Counted from the first letter of the stretch, positions 53,285-62,364 are shown. The stretch: DNA of 64,000 nt from Flavobacteriales bacterium (GCA_018401695.1 JAGYKD010000001.1:1116016-1180015); one strand, 5' to 3'. Made by a program: numbers and translations. Notes: generated by a model not told the origin, from the sequence alone.

Positions 53285-54319
53285 ATGAGTACTCGCCTGC
53301 CTCTTTTTGCAGCCTTTTGTTTAGCCTTTTGTCTCAAGGCTCAACAACTTCCCCTCGGACAAGTCCCCGGTGGAACTTGGAGGAGTGCGGAAGCTTTGGC
53401 TCAAAAGGCAGGACAGCGCACCTTTAATTTGGCCGATTTACAATCCGGATTCCTTCGTTATTGGTCTATTGGGCAGCAAGCTGCTCCCGGTGACTCGGCT
53501 TTAGCCTACATTACCGCAGCTTTTGACACGCTTTCCGATGGCATCCAAGGCTATGTGCCTGCTCAAGACGGGGCTTTGGAGCTCGATTCGGTGGGTTGGC
53601 TCCTAAGGCACCAAAACCTGTCAGGACAAAACAACCGGTTGGTTTGTGAACTTATTATGTTGGATACTTCCGGATTTCCGGGAACGCAGCTTTTGCTATC
53701 GGACACCATCAGCACCAACCAGAGTCTAAGTGGCACCCAGGTTCAGCGTATTTGGTTCAAAACCCCTTATCGCATTGGCCCGGACACTTCTTTTGGCCTT
53801 CGCTTGCGCTTTGTAAACCGGGGTCCCGGCGACAGCCTTTGGGTAGCCAATTTGCATCCCATAAAAGACACTTGCCAAGGCCAAATTCAAGCGCTAAACA
53901 GCGATTTTTATCCCCAATCTTTTGGCTACTGGTTGGGTTATCAATTGGAATTGCCCAGCCCTTCGGGTGGAGATTTTTATGCCGATTGCAACGGAAATGG
54001 CCTATTTGACAGCCTGGTGGATGGCCAAAGTCCCATTCAATTGTGGGATGTGAGCCTAAGCATGCGCGCCTCTTATTTTACCGGATTGGCAGATGCCTTA
54101 ACGGACAATCAAGCCCCTCTTTTCTGGCCTAATCCGGTGGAAACAGATTTGCACATGCATCCGCAAACCGAAATAGTGCATCTATGGGATATGCAGGGAC
54201 GTTTGTTGCTGAAAGGCCAGGGTAACTACCTGTCTTTGCTAGGCATTCCCTCAGGAACCTATGTGTTGCAGCTCCACGTGGCGGGGCAAAGCCATAAAAA
54301 ACTGCTCATTAAATTATGA
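53285..54319 (+). CDS. T9SS type A sorting domain protein
   Basis: Signal peptide LKA-Q; WPNP..D.QGR..GTY..KLLIK CTD. Confidence 0.85.
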   Translation: MSTRLPLFAAFCLAFCLKAQQLPLGQVPGGTWRSAEALAQKAGQRTFNLADLQSGFLRYWSIGQQAAPGDSALAYITAAFDTLSDGIQGYVPAQDGALELDSVGWLLRHQNLSGQNNRLVCELIMLDTSGFPGTQLLLSDTISTNQSLSGTQVQRIWFKTPYRIGPDTSFGLRLRFVNRGPGDSLWVANLHPIKDTCQGQIQALNSDFYPQSFGYWLGYQLELPSPSGGDFYADCNGNGLFDSLVDGQSPIQLWDVSLSMRASYFTGLADALTDNQAPLFWPNPVETDLHMHPQTEIVHLWDMQGRLLLKGQGNYLSLLGIPSGTYVLQLHVAGQSHKKLLIKL

Positions 54320-55281
54320 CGCGAATTATACTTTTTCTCTTAGGATTGGCTTGCTTTCAAGGCCTATGGGCGCAACAGAGCCCCAAAACAGCCCTTCCCA
54401 CGCATTTTAAAGGCCATGTGGGGCAAGGACCAAGCGTTAAGGCCGTAACCGACACCTTGCATGCCGACTTTTTGGAAGATCAAATCACCTTGTATGGCGC
54501 GCCCAACGGAGGTTTTTTGTCCGGCACCAGCGGCTATGGCGAATACGCCAAAGTACAGGAGTTTAAGGTGGACTCCGCCATTGGGGTGAGCGGTTTTTTG
54601 TTTTGGTTTGCCTACAAGGCCCAAAACTCGCTTCCCGAGGACAGCAGCCGCCTTGTTTTGGCTTGGTACGATTGCGATACGGCCGGTACCGTGGTAGACA
54701 GCAATCGGCTGTTTCCCAATCGGCTTTTAGCGGCCGACACCTTGTTTTTGAGCGATGTGGATACCTCTTCCATATTTGATGCCAGCGTCTATTTGTGGGA
54801 GCCTGAGGGCGACATTGCCATCCGGAATTTTGCGGCAGGAATCGTATTGGATTTGGTGCATTCGAGCGATACCATTGCTCTATGGAGCAGCACCGATGGG
54901 GACCCCAACCGCCCCAAAACGGCCTGGGAACAGTATCAAGGGGAGTGGACCCCCATATACCACAACTGGGGCGTGGACGTAGGCCTGAGTGTTTTGTCCT
55001 TGGTGGACCGCTTTGCCGGGCTTGATGCCTCGCCCAAATTATCGGTACGTATGGGGCCGAATCCGGCGGTAGACCATGTGGATTTGAAATTGAAGCAAGT
55101 CATAAATCAACCGAAAGTTAGCTTGTTGGATGGGCAAGGGCGCATGGTGCATTGCTTTGATGGCTTAGCTTCGGGGGACGCGTTTCGCTTAAACCTTTCG
55201 TCCATAGCTAAAGGTTCCTATATTCTGCTGATTTTCGAAGGAAGCACCCCCATTCATGCAGGCCGTTTGGTGAAGCAGTAA
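54316..55281 (+). CDS. T9SS type A sorting domain protein
   Basis: Signal peptide LWA-Q; PNPA..D.QGR..KGSY..RLVK CTD. Confidence 0.85.
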   Translation: MTRIILFLLGLACFQGLWAQQSPKTALPTHFKGHVGQGPSVKAVTDTLHADFLEDQITLYGAPNGGFLSGTSGYGEYAKVQEFKVDSAIGVSGFLFWFAYKAQNSLPEDSSRLVLAWYDCDTAGTVVDSNRLFPNRLLAADTLFLSDVDTSSIFDASVYLWEPEGDIAIRNFAAGIVLDLVHSSDTIALWSSTDGDPNRPKTAWEQYQGEWTPIYHNWGVDVGLSVLSLVDRFAGLDASPKLSVRMGPNPAVDHVDLKLKQVINQPKVSLLDGQGRMVHCFDGLASGDAFRLNLSSIAKGSYILLIFEGSTPIHAGRLVKQ

Positions 55282-55541
55282 ACAAGGTTATGTGTTCTCC
55301 GATGGACCGGCTAATGGGTCCTAAGCTATCTGAGACCGAAAGGGAAGAAATCCGTGAAAAAAGGAAATGGGTGGAGGCGCAAGAGTTTTTGCGGAGCATG
55401 ATCATGACTTCGCAGTGGGTGTCGGGAGGAGCGGCACACTTGGAACGATCCGCATTCAGGAAACAATTCAGGCTGGATGGCCGAAGGGAAATCATACTCT
55501 AAGTTAAGGATTTCTACCGGAATATGGCTAGGTGGTGGGGT

Positions 55542-55613
55542 TGGCTTTTGGCAGGGTTGGCTTTTGGCTTTTGGCAGGGTTGGCTTTTGGCTAGGTTGGC
55601 TTTTGGCTGGGGT
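55542..55613. repeat. Short mixed array of GGCTTTT and GGC(A/T)(G/A)GGTT units
   Basis: GGCTTTT is the reverse complement of the AAAAGCC unit flanking the four-helix gene. Confidence 0.75.
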
Positions 55614-55796
55614 TCGAGAAACGTTTACAAGCGTTTAATAAACGGTTTTGGCTTTGAAAAATGCGAAATTTGTCGTGTGGGTGGGCACGGAGTGCTGCAC
55701 AGGATAAAAAACCAGATGAATTCTATTTTTTGGAGAGAAACCAGCCGTAAAACTCCAAAAGAACAGCTCCATAGATGCGAAAAACCCCAATATAAA

Positions 55797-55962
55797 GCCT
55801 CCCGGCCCCAAGGGAGGACCCGCCGCAGCCGCTGCTTTGGTTTGGGGAGGCCGAGGAGGCGACCAAAGGAAGCCACCGCAGGCCCCCCAAACCAAGAAGG
55901 GGCAAGGCTGGCCGGAACAAGGGCCGGATAGAGTACAAGATGCAGCTACGGAGGAAAGGCCC
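55797..55962 (+). repeat. Structured palindromic element, family B copy B4 (166 bp)
   Basis: CCAAGGGAGGACCCGCCGCAG and AAGGCTGGCCGGAACAAG shared with B2; arm TTGGTTTGGGG/CCCCAAACCAA. Confidence 0.88.
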
Positions 55963-56184
55963 GAAAGAGGACGAAGGAGAAGGCATGGCTTTTGTCGCCG
56001 GCTTCGGTAAACCTTTACAAGCATTTAATAAACGACTTTGCTTTTGAAATTTCCGAAATTTGCCCTAGGGGTGGGCACGGAGGGCTAAAAAGTATAGAGG
56101 GCATTCTCGAACCCTTTACACACCTTTTTAGACACTACTGTTGTTCTGCTTAGGCTAACTACCACACCTGCCCCTTTTTGAGGT

Positions 56185-56712
56185 TTAGTCTTCCTTTTTA
56201 ATTTTAAATCCAATGGGAGTTCTTGGGGTTTCTTGATCTTTCACAAACTGCTTCAGGTAATTGAAAATCAGTTCAATTTTCTCGTCTTGTTTACCTACCC
56301 TTTTCCGCATACTTTCTACTTCAAGAAGCAATTCCTTATGCGTCAAAAGCATTTCTCGCATTTTGGTAAACACCCTGATAATTTGAATATTCACTTGGAT
56401 GGCAACGCCACTATTTAAAACACTTGATAACATGGCAACACCTTGTTCTGTAAAGACAAAAGGCAAAGTTCTTCGACCTCCCCATCTTGAGGTCACATTT
56501 TGTGACTTCAAGTCTCCCCATTGTTCGGCTGTCAACCGAAACATAAAGTCATCAGGAAACCTTTCTATATTTCTTTTTACTGCTTGGTTTAAAACTTTTG
56601 TCTCTACTTGATAAAGCTCTGCTAAGTCACTGTCTAACATAACTTTTATTTCATTTATTATGTAAATTTTACTCATTAATACCTCTTCAGGAATGGAAAC
56701 CTTTTTACTCAT
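56185..56712 (-). CDS. ORF6N domain DNA-binding protein
   Basis: VMLD.DLAELY.VETK.LNQAVKRN.ERFPDDFMF, FTEQGVAMLSSVL; AT-rich. Confidence 0.93.
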   Translation of the reverse strand: MSKKVSIPEEVLMSKIYIINEIKVMLDSDLAELYQVETKVLNQAVKRNIERFPDDFMFRLTAEQWGDLKSQNVTSRWGGRRTLPFVFTEQGVAMLSSVLNSGVAIQVNIQIIRVFTKMREMLLTHKELLLEVESMRKRVGKQDEKIELIFNYLKQFVKDQETPRTPIGFKIKKED

Positions 56713-57389
56713 ATTTGTTCCTAAAATTGATTTGGAAAAACTAAGCTCGCTCGGTTTAGGTGTCGCCGCTGCTATTCATAAAACGGAAAACAATGGACTC
56801 ATTTACTTATGAAGGTCTTGCTTGAAATTTATTAAGCAATTTTCCGGTGAACAAAGCTATGGACAGCCGAGGCGAAATCACACCCTAAGTTAAGCACTTC
56901 TACCAAATATAGAAATAGGGGATAGGTTTTTTGGCCCTCGCCCATATCAAATGTGTGCTCCGTGGCCGGCCCTTGCTCCAGGCTCTCTTGCACCAAAGCT
57001 AGCCGCCCTAAGGCTGTGGTGGTTCCGCAAAGCTCCACCTCCTCGCCCAAGGGCGGCTAGCTTGGTGCATCAAGCGGCCTTTTGCTGGGCCTTGGGGCGG
57101 TTTTTTTGAAGTTGATTAATTTTAGGGGAGCTGTTTCTTTGTTTGCTCATAAACGAAATGTAAGCTTTTGGATTTAATTGCCCGGTTTTGGCCGGCCACT
57201 ACAGTGCCATAACTCAAACAAGATGAAAAGATCCTTAAGCATGGCAGGATGTCTAAAGGCCAACAAAGTAAGCTTGGCGCAAATTTGCGGACGGATTAAA
57301 TGGCCGGTTTCAAAAAAAAAAATTCGGATAATGCTTTGTAGGATATGGCCGGGCTGCTATATTTGCACTCCTGAAAATCAGGAATGTCT

Positions 57390-57463
57390 TCCTCGGTAGC
57401 TCAGTTGGTTAGAGCATCTGACTGTTAATCAGAGGGTCGCTGGTTCGAGCCCAGCCCGAGGAG
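57390..57463 (+). tRNA. tRNA-Asn(GTT)
   Basis: Acceptor TCCTCGG/CCGAGGA, anticodon GTT 57424-57426, GGTTCGAGCC T-arm; promoter TATATTTG 57358-57365. Confidence 0.98.
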
Positions 57464-57473
57464 CTTCAAAATC

Positions 57474-57509
57474 AAAGGCTTACAGCGTTTTCGTTGTAGG
57501 CCTTTTTTT
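57474..57509 (+). terminator. Intrinsic terminator after tRNA-Asn (duplicated at the island's right end)
   Basis: AAAGGCTTACAGC / GTTGTAGGCCTTT stem followed by T run. Confidence 0.7.
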
Positions 57510-57541
57510 ATTTGCGCATAATTTGCGCATGAGGGTTGCTC

Positions 57542-57868
57542 TTAGTTGCTCTGTGTGGTTCCTTGGTACCGGTCGCCTCCGGGGTTGTGTACTTGAAAAA
57601 CTACTTCCGCCGGCCATGTCTGCGTAGATGTGTTGTCGCTTTCGGCTGCCGGCGGTGGCGTTACTAAGGCCAATAGCTTCACCATGATTTCAAGGTAGGC
57701 TTTGGGGTTTGTTTTTGCCAAGGTGTTTAGGCTTGCCTCCATTTTTTCGCCTTGCCCCTGCAAAGCTTGGCCGATTAACTTCCGGGCTTGCTCTGTAATC
57801 TTATTGGGGATTCCTTTACGGCTGCCACGTTTACCTGCTTTGGATCCGGTGTCGAAGTTGTATTGCAC
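57542..57868 (-). CDS. Phage-type hypothetical protein, small-terminase-like N-terminus
   Basis: G.RKG.PNK.T motif followed by helical region and KLL..V.P. Confidence 0.55.
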   Translation of the reverse strand: MQYNFDTGSKAGKRGSRKGIPNKITEQARKLIGQALQGQGEKMEASLNTLAKTNPKAYLEIMVKLLALVTPPPAAESDNTSTQTWPAEVVFQVHNPGGDRYQGTTQSN

Positions 57869-58184
57869 TTTCCGTTACTTTGGTTTTTGTGATGGTGTAC
57901 GATGGGTGCGAATTACTGTTTCAAAATGCTGCATCCATTTTTACCTGTTACATTTTTACTCCCCCCTATAAATAGGGGGGGAGGTAAATAAAAATCGGCT
58001 TTTAGGAAAAATTTTTAGGTAAAAGCCCTGAAAATCAGCACCTTTTTAATTGGTGGCAAGCGTATCTAAAAATGCACCAATACCAGCAAAAACCTTGTAA
58101 CACTTTGTTTGTCAATGACTTTTAAATAAATTTTACCTGCTTAAAAATGTAAAAATCCTTGATTATCAATAGGTTAAAAACTGC

Positions 58185-58622
58185 TTAAAAGCGGTATGAA
58201 AGGCCGATGCCGTTGTCTGAACTTAGCTGCAAACCTGCTTTTTTGATGTTATGAGCCCCGGAAATGAAAAATACCAAACCCGTAAGCCATACGGCACCGC
58301 CGGCGCCTATAATTAAAGGTATTTGACTGCCGCCTTTACCGCTATCTGCAAAACTTGCAGCTGCGGCGATTCCCGGGCCCGCTACCATAATCAAAGTACC
58401 TGCTAACATTTGATTGCCGCCTTTGGTAAGCAATTTTGCCGCCTCTTGAAAACGGGGAGGCTCTATTACAGGCTGCTGCATTACCAATGATTGCGGATTA
58501 TTACTTTCGGGCTGTTGGCAATAGCTGGCTATGCCGCAAGTAAGAAGTAAGACGGTAAGGAATGTACTTTTCATTTTAGAAATTTCTTTAAAAGTAGAAA
58601 AATCAAAAGTAGGAGATTTCAC
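58185..58622 (-). CDS. Hypothetical exported/membrane protein (island cargo)
   Basis: Signal-like MKSTFLTVLL (internal start), two hydrophobic segments, ends GIGLSYRF. Confidence 0.65.
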   Translation of the reverse strand: MKSPTFDFSTFKEISKMKSTFLTVLLLTCGIASYCQQPESNNPQSLVMQQPVIEPPRFQEAAKLLTKGGNQMLAGTLIMVAGPGIAAAASFADSGKGGSQIPLIIGAGGAVWLTGLVFFISGAHNIKKAGLQLSSDNGIGLSYRF

Positions 58623-58635
58623 AAAACGGCATGAT

Positions 58636-59145
58636 TCAACAGGCTACCGGCAACCATGTGGTACCGGCTAGCGTATAGATACCCATTCGCTGCATAGTAT
58701 TTAAAGCTTCAAGCTGCTTATTGCCTCCGATGGTTTGCCCATGTGCGGCCTCATAAGCTTCTCTAATGGCTTGTTTTGCCTTTGCCTTGGTATTTACACC
58801 TTGCCTTGGTAGATGTGGCAAAATAGCCCTTAATGCGCCTTCGCTTAGGTCAATTTTTCGCCCGGAACGTTCGGCCTCGGATACGATGGGCACGCCGTCC
58901 ATTCCCCAAGTTAATTAACGACCTACTCCCGTGGAGTGCAGAAATGAATACCCACATTGTTTGTGTTTTGCACCAAAACAAAGGAAACGAACATTTGCGT
59001 GGCCATCTTGGAACCGAGGCCACCATCAAAGCCGAAACCGTTTTGAGCCTAAAGAAGGAGGGCGAAGGAAGTTTGGCAAGTTGTGTGAAAGCCCAGAACC
59101 GGGAATTTTCACCGCTGTTCTTACAAAATAGGTCTTTTTGCTCAT
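58636..59145. pseudogene. AAA_25/RepA-like helicase remnant split by inversion of 58915-59120
   Basis: Plus strand HIVCVLHQNKG...RGHLGTE...KAETV...NREFSPLFL; minus strand continues TWGMDGVP. Confidence 0.7.
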
Positions 59146-59415
59146 TTTAGCGGGGTTAGAAATTTGCGCATAATTTGTGCAAGAGAGTACGAAAAAGAGG
59201 AAAAAAGAGAAAAGAAATGAAAAAGAAAATGACCCCTTATGTATTGATTTACAACAAAAAGGGTGTTTTTGAAATAAGAAAAAAGGGAATTCCCTCTGAT
59301 GTTAATCAGAGGGTCGCTGGTTCGAGCCCAGCCCGAGGAGCTTCAAAATCAAAGGCTTACAGCGTTTTCGTTGTAGGCCTTTTTTCTATCCCTCCATTTG
59401 TATTAATTTCACCCT

Positions 59416-61002
59416 ATGCGTTTTCTGTTCCCTACCCTTACGGCGTTTTTCATTTTTTCTGTTGGCCTATCCGCTCAATCCGTTGGCATCAACACCCAAA
59501 CGCCGGACCCCTCGGCCGCACTCGATGTGCATAGCACCCAAGGGGGCTTGCTGGTGCCGCGCATGACGGCCGCTCAAAGAAACAGCATCAATCAATCCGC
59601 CGACGGCCTACTGATTTTTAATACCACGTCCGGCTGCCTTGAAATTTTTTTCCAAACCATCGGTTGGCGAAGCATAGAATGCAATTGCCAACAAGCGCCG
59701 GCCATGCCCTCCGCCATTCAGGGGCCAAATTTGGTGTGTCCGGGTCAACAAGGACTGGTGTATTCTGTGCCCGCCGTGCCCGGCGCCTCTCAATACCAAT
59801 GGACGGTGCCGCAAGGGAGTCAGATTGTAGCGGGTCAGGGTACCGATACCATAACCGTACTTTCGGGCAACAACTCCGGAAGCATTAGCGTATTCGCTTC
59901 CAACAGCTGTGGACAAAGCGCTACGCAAAATTTCAATCTAACCGTGCAGGTACCTGATGCTTCTTTTTTTACTACTCCTTCCAGTCCGGCCATAAATTCC
60001 AATGTGCAATTCACTTCCGCCACTTCAGGGGCAAACAGCTACAGTTGGACCTTTCAAAATGGAACGCCGGCCAGCTCTATTCAAGCAAACCCTACGGTGC
60101 AATGGAGCCAAACAGGCACCTATACCGTTACTCATATCGTTTCGTTTGGAACCGGTTGCGCCGATACTACTACCCAGCAAATAACGCTTACCAATTGCCA
60201 ACCGGGAAGTCAGACCTTTAATTATACAGGACAAATAGCCACGTGGACGGTTCCTCCCTGTGCCGCAAATGCTACGATAACCGCTTATGGAGCTTCCGGG
60301 GGCGACCGTGCACAGAATTATTCCGGGGGCTTTCAGGCCGGGGGAAATGGCGCCCGCATTACCGGAGACTTTGTCTTGACTCCCGGCCAAACGCTTTCCA
60401 TATTGGTGGGAGGTGAAGGAAGTACCGGTTTCAGTGGTTCCAACGGCTCCAATGGCTCCGGGGGCGGCGGAAGTTTTGTTTGGGTCAATGGTTCCAATAA
60501 TTTATTGGTGGCTGCAGCCGGTGGTGGTGGAGCTGCCGATACGCCCGGCGGGAACGGTTCGGCGAGCAGCAGTCCCAGCAGCGGCGGGGGATCGGGAAGC
60601 GGCGCACCCGGCGTCAATGGAAACGGCGGCGGCGGCGGAAGTCAATCCGGCTCACCCGGCAATCCGGGCACCGGCGGTGGCGGTTGCGGCTGGCTTAGCA
60701 ACGGCAGCAACGGCCAGGTATTTTCGCAAGGTGGAGGTGGTCAACGCCCCTTGGCAGGCGGTGCCGGTGGTCAGGCAGGGAACGATGGCGCTGCCGGAGG
60801 TTTTGGTGGCGGCGGCGGAAGTGCAGGACACCGCGGTGCCGGTGGCGGCGGTGGCGGTTACAATGGCGGTCCCGGAGGCAACGGTTGGAGCGGCAGCTCT
60901 TGGGGCTCCGGCGGTGGTGGAGGTTCTTTCAATGGAGGTGCCAATCAAATCAACCAGTCCGGGGTGCAAAACGGGCATGGGCAGGTGGTGATTACGTGGT
61001 AG
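59416..61002 (+). CDS. Secreted protein: SAxLD..GxLxPR N-domain + PKD-like domains + ALK/LTK-like glycine-rich domain (paralog of 21823)
   Basis: LSA-Q signal; SAALDVHSTQGGLLVPRM; FNYTG...WTVP..AYGASGG; ILVGG.G; GGFGGGGG; ends GHGQVVITW. Confidence 0.85.
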   Translation: MRFLFPTLTAFFIFSVGLSAQSVGINTQTPDPSAALDVHSTQGGLLVPRMTAAQRNSINQSADGLLIFNTTSGCLEIFFQTIGWRSIECNCQQAPAMPSAIQGPNLVCPGQQGLVYSVPAVPGASQYQWTVPQGSQIVAGQGTDTITVLSGNNSGSISVFASNSCGQSATQNFNLTVQVPDASFFTTPSSPAINSNVQFTSATSGANSYSWTFQNGTPASSIQANPTVQWSQTGTYTVTHIVSFGTGCADTTTQQITLTNCQPGSQTFNYTGQIATWTVPPCAANATITAYGASGGDRAQNYSGGFQAGGNGARITGDFVLTPGQTLSILVGGEGSTGFSGSNGSNGSGGGGSFVWVNGSNNLLVAAAGGGGAADTPGGNGSASSSPSSGGGSGSGAPGVNGNGGGGGSQSGSPGNPGTGGGGCGWLSNGSNGQVFSQGGGGQRPLAGGAGGQAGNDGAAGGFGGGGGSAGHRGAGGGGGGYNGGPGGNGWSGSSWGSGGGGGSFNGGANQINQSGVQNGHGQVVITW

Positions 61003-61026
61003 TTGTTATGAAATAGGGTAGTTGGT

Positions 61027-62364
61027 TTATTCCGTTTCTTCTTCCGGCGGTTCTTCCATGGCGCCTAACAAGCGTTGGGCTTGCTCTTCGGGCAGTTCGG
61101 TAACGCCTCTCAATTTGGAAAGCATCATCCGGGTGCGGGTGCCTACCAGTTTGTCGATTTCGTTGTTGGCCTCGCTGATTTTCTTTTGGGCTTTGCCCAG
61201 GACGTCTCCAAAGCGTTGGAATTCGGTTTTTACGGCGCCCAAAATTTCCCACACCTCGCTGCTGCGTTTTTGAAGGGCCAGGGTTCGGAATCCCATTTGC
61301 AGGCTATTCAAAATGGCCGCCAGGGTAGTTGGTCCGGTAACAATGATTTTAAACTCCCGTTGCAGTTGGGCAATCAAATCGGGTTGACGCACAATTTCGG
61401 CAAACAAACCTTCGGTGGGCAGAAACATGATGCCAAAATCGGTGGTGTGCGGCGGCTCCAGGTATTTGTCGCGAATGTCTCGGGCAAATTTTTTCACCGA
61501 TTGGCTCAGGGCGCGCTGGGCGGCATCAATAGCCACTAAGTCGCCGGCATCGTAAGCGCTTTGCAGGCGTAGGTAGTCTTCTTGGGGGAATTTGGCATCG
61601 ATGGGCAAATAGACAGGGCTGTCGTCTTCTTGCCTGCCGGGGAGTTTTATGGCAAACTCTACGGATTCGCTGCTGCTTTTTCGGGTGCGTACGTTGGTGT
61701 CGTATTGCTCTGGGGCCAACACCTGTTCGAGCAGGTTGCCCAGTTGGATTTCGCCTAAAACGCCGCGGGTTTTTACGTTGCTCAGCACCTTTTTGAGGTC
61801 GCCCACGCCGGTGGCCAGGTTTTGCATTTCGCCGAGGCCTTTTTGGACTGCTTCCAGGCGCTCGCTGACCAATTTAAAGGACTGGCCTAAGCGTTCCTCC
61901 AGCGTTTTGTGGAGTTTTTCGTCAACGGTTTCCCGCATTTTTTCGAGTTTTTGCTCGGTAGTTTGCACCAATTCTTGTTGGCGGAGCGACATTTGGTCGA
62001 ATTTTTGTTTTTGGAGTTCATTGAATTCCCGCACGCTGTCCGAAAAGCGTTTTCCAAAGGCGTCGAGTGCGCGCGAAAGTTCTTCGCGGTTGTCTTTGTT
62101 GCCTTTTTCTAAGCCTTCGCGCATGGCGCTTAAGCGCAGCTCCAGTTGTTCGCCCAAGCGGTTAAGCCCCTGCGCCAGCTCTTCTCGATTGTCCTTTAAG
62201 GATTGGGACAATTCGCTGCGGTGTTCGCGCATGCTTTGTTCTATGTAAGGCCGCAGCTTTTCGACCGGATCTTGCTGCGCTTTTTCTGAATGCTTATGTT
62301 TAAAAATTAGGTAAATCAGCAGCAGCAAGGTCATTGCCTGTGCCACCATCCAAAGAATTTCCAT
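61027..62364 (-). CDS. rmuC: DNA recombination protein RmuC
   Basis: N-terminal TM, coiled coil, K.RG..GE.QL, PIDAKFP, MFLP.EGLF, GPTTL.A.L. Confidence 0.95.
   Translation of the reverse strand: MEILWMVAQAMTLLLLIYLIFKHKHSEKAQQDPVEKLRPYIEQSMREHRSELSQSLKDNREELAQGLNRLGEQLELRLSAMREGLEKGNKDNREELSRALDAFGKRFSDSVREFNELQKQKFDQMSLRQQELVQTTEQKLEKMRETVDEKLHKTLEERLGQSFKLVSERLEAVQKGLGEMQNLATGVGDLKKVLSNVKTRGVLGEIQLGNLLEQVLAPEQYDTNVRTRKSSSESVEFAIKLPGRQEDDSPVYLPIDAKFPQEDYLRLQSAYDAGDLVAIDAAQRALSQSVKKFARDIRDKYLEPPHTTDFGIMFLPTEGLFAEIVRQPDLIAQLQREFKIIVTGPTTLAAILNSLQMGFRTLALQKRSSEVWEILGAVKTEFQRFGDVLGKAQKKISEANNEIDKLVGTRTRMMLSKLRGVTELPEEQAQRLLGAMEEPPEEETE

Larger units (their letters stand above)
57423..59385. mobile_element. 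Degenerate tRNA-Asn-integrated mini island, bounded by 86-bp direct repeats (57423-57508, 59300-59385)
   Basis: Exact repeat of tRNA 3' half plus downstream hairpin; TTTGCGCATAATTTG(C/T)GCA inside both ends; phage/plasmid-type fragments inside. Confidence 0.88.

Noticed and set aside
55290-57399. Short ORFs 55290-55502, 55524-55931, 55635-56024, 56832-57050, 57178-57399
   Set aside because: No recognisable motifs and several overlap repeats; cannot be supported as genes
59295-59340. Second tRNA-Asn gene
   Set aside because: Only the 3' half is present; it is the att repeat
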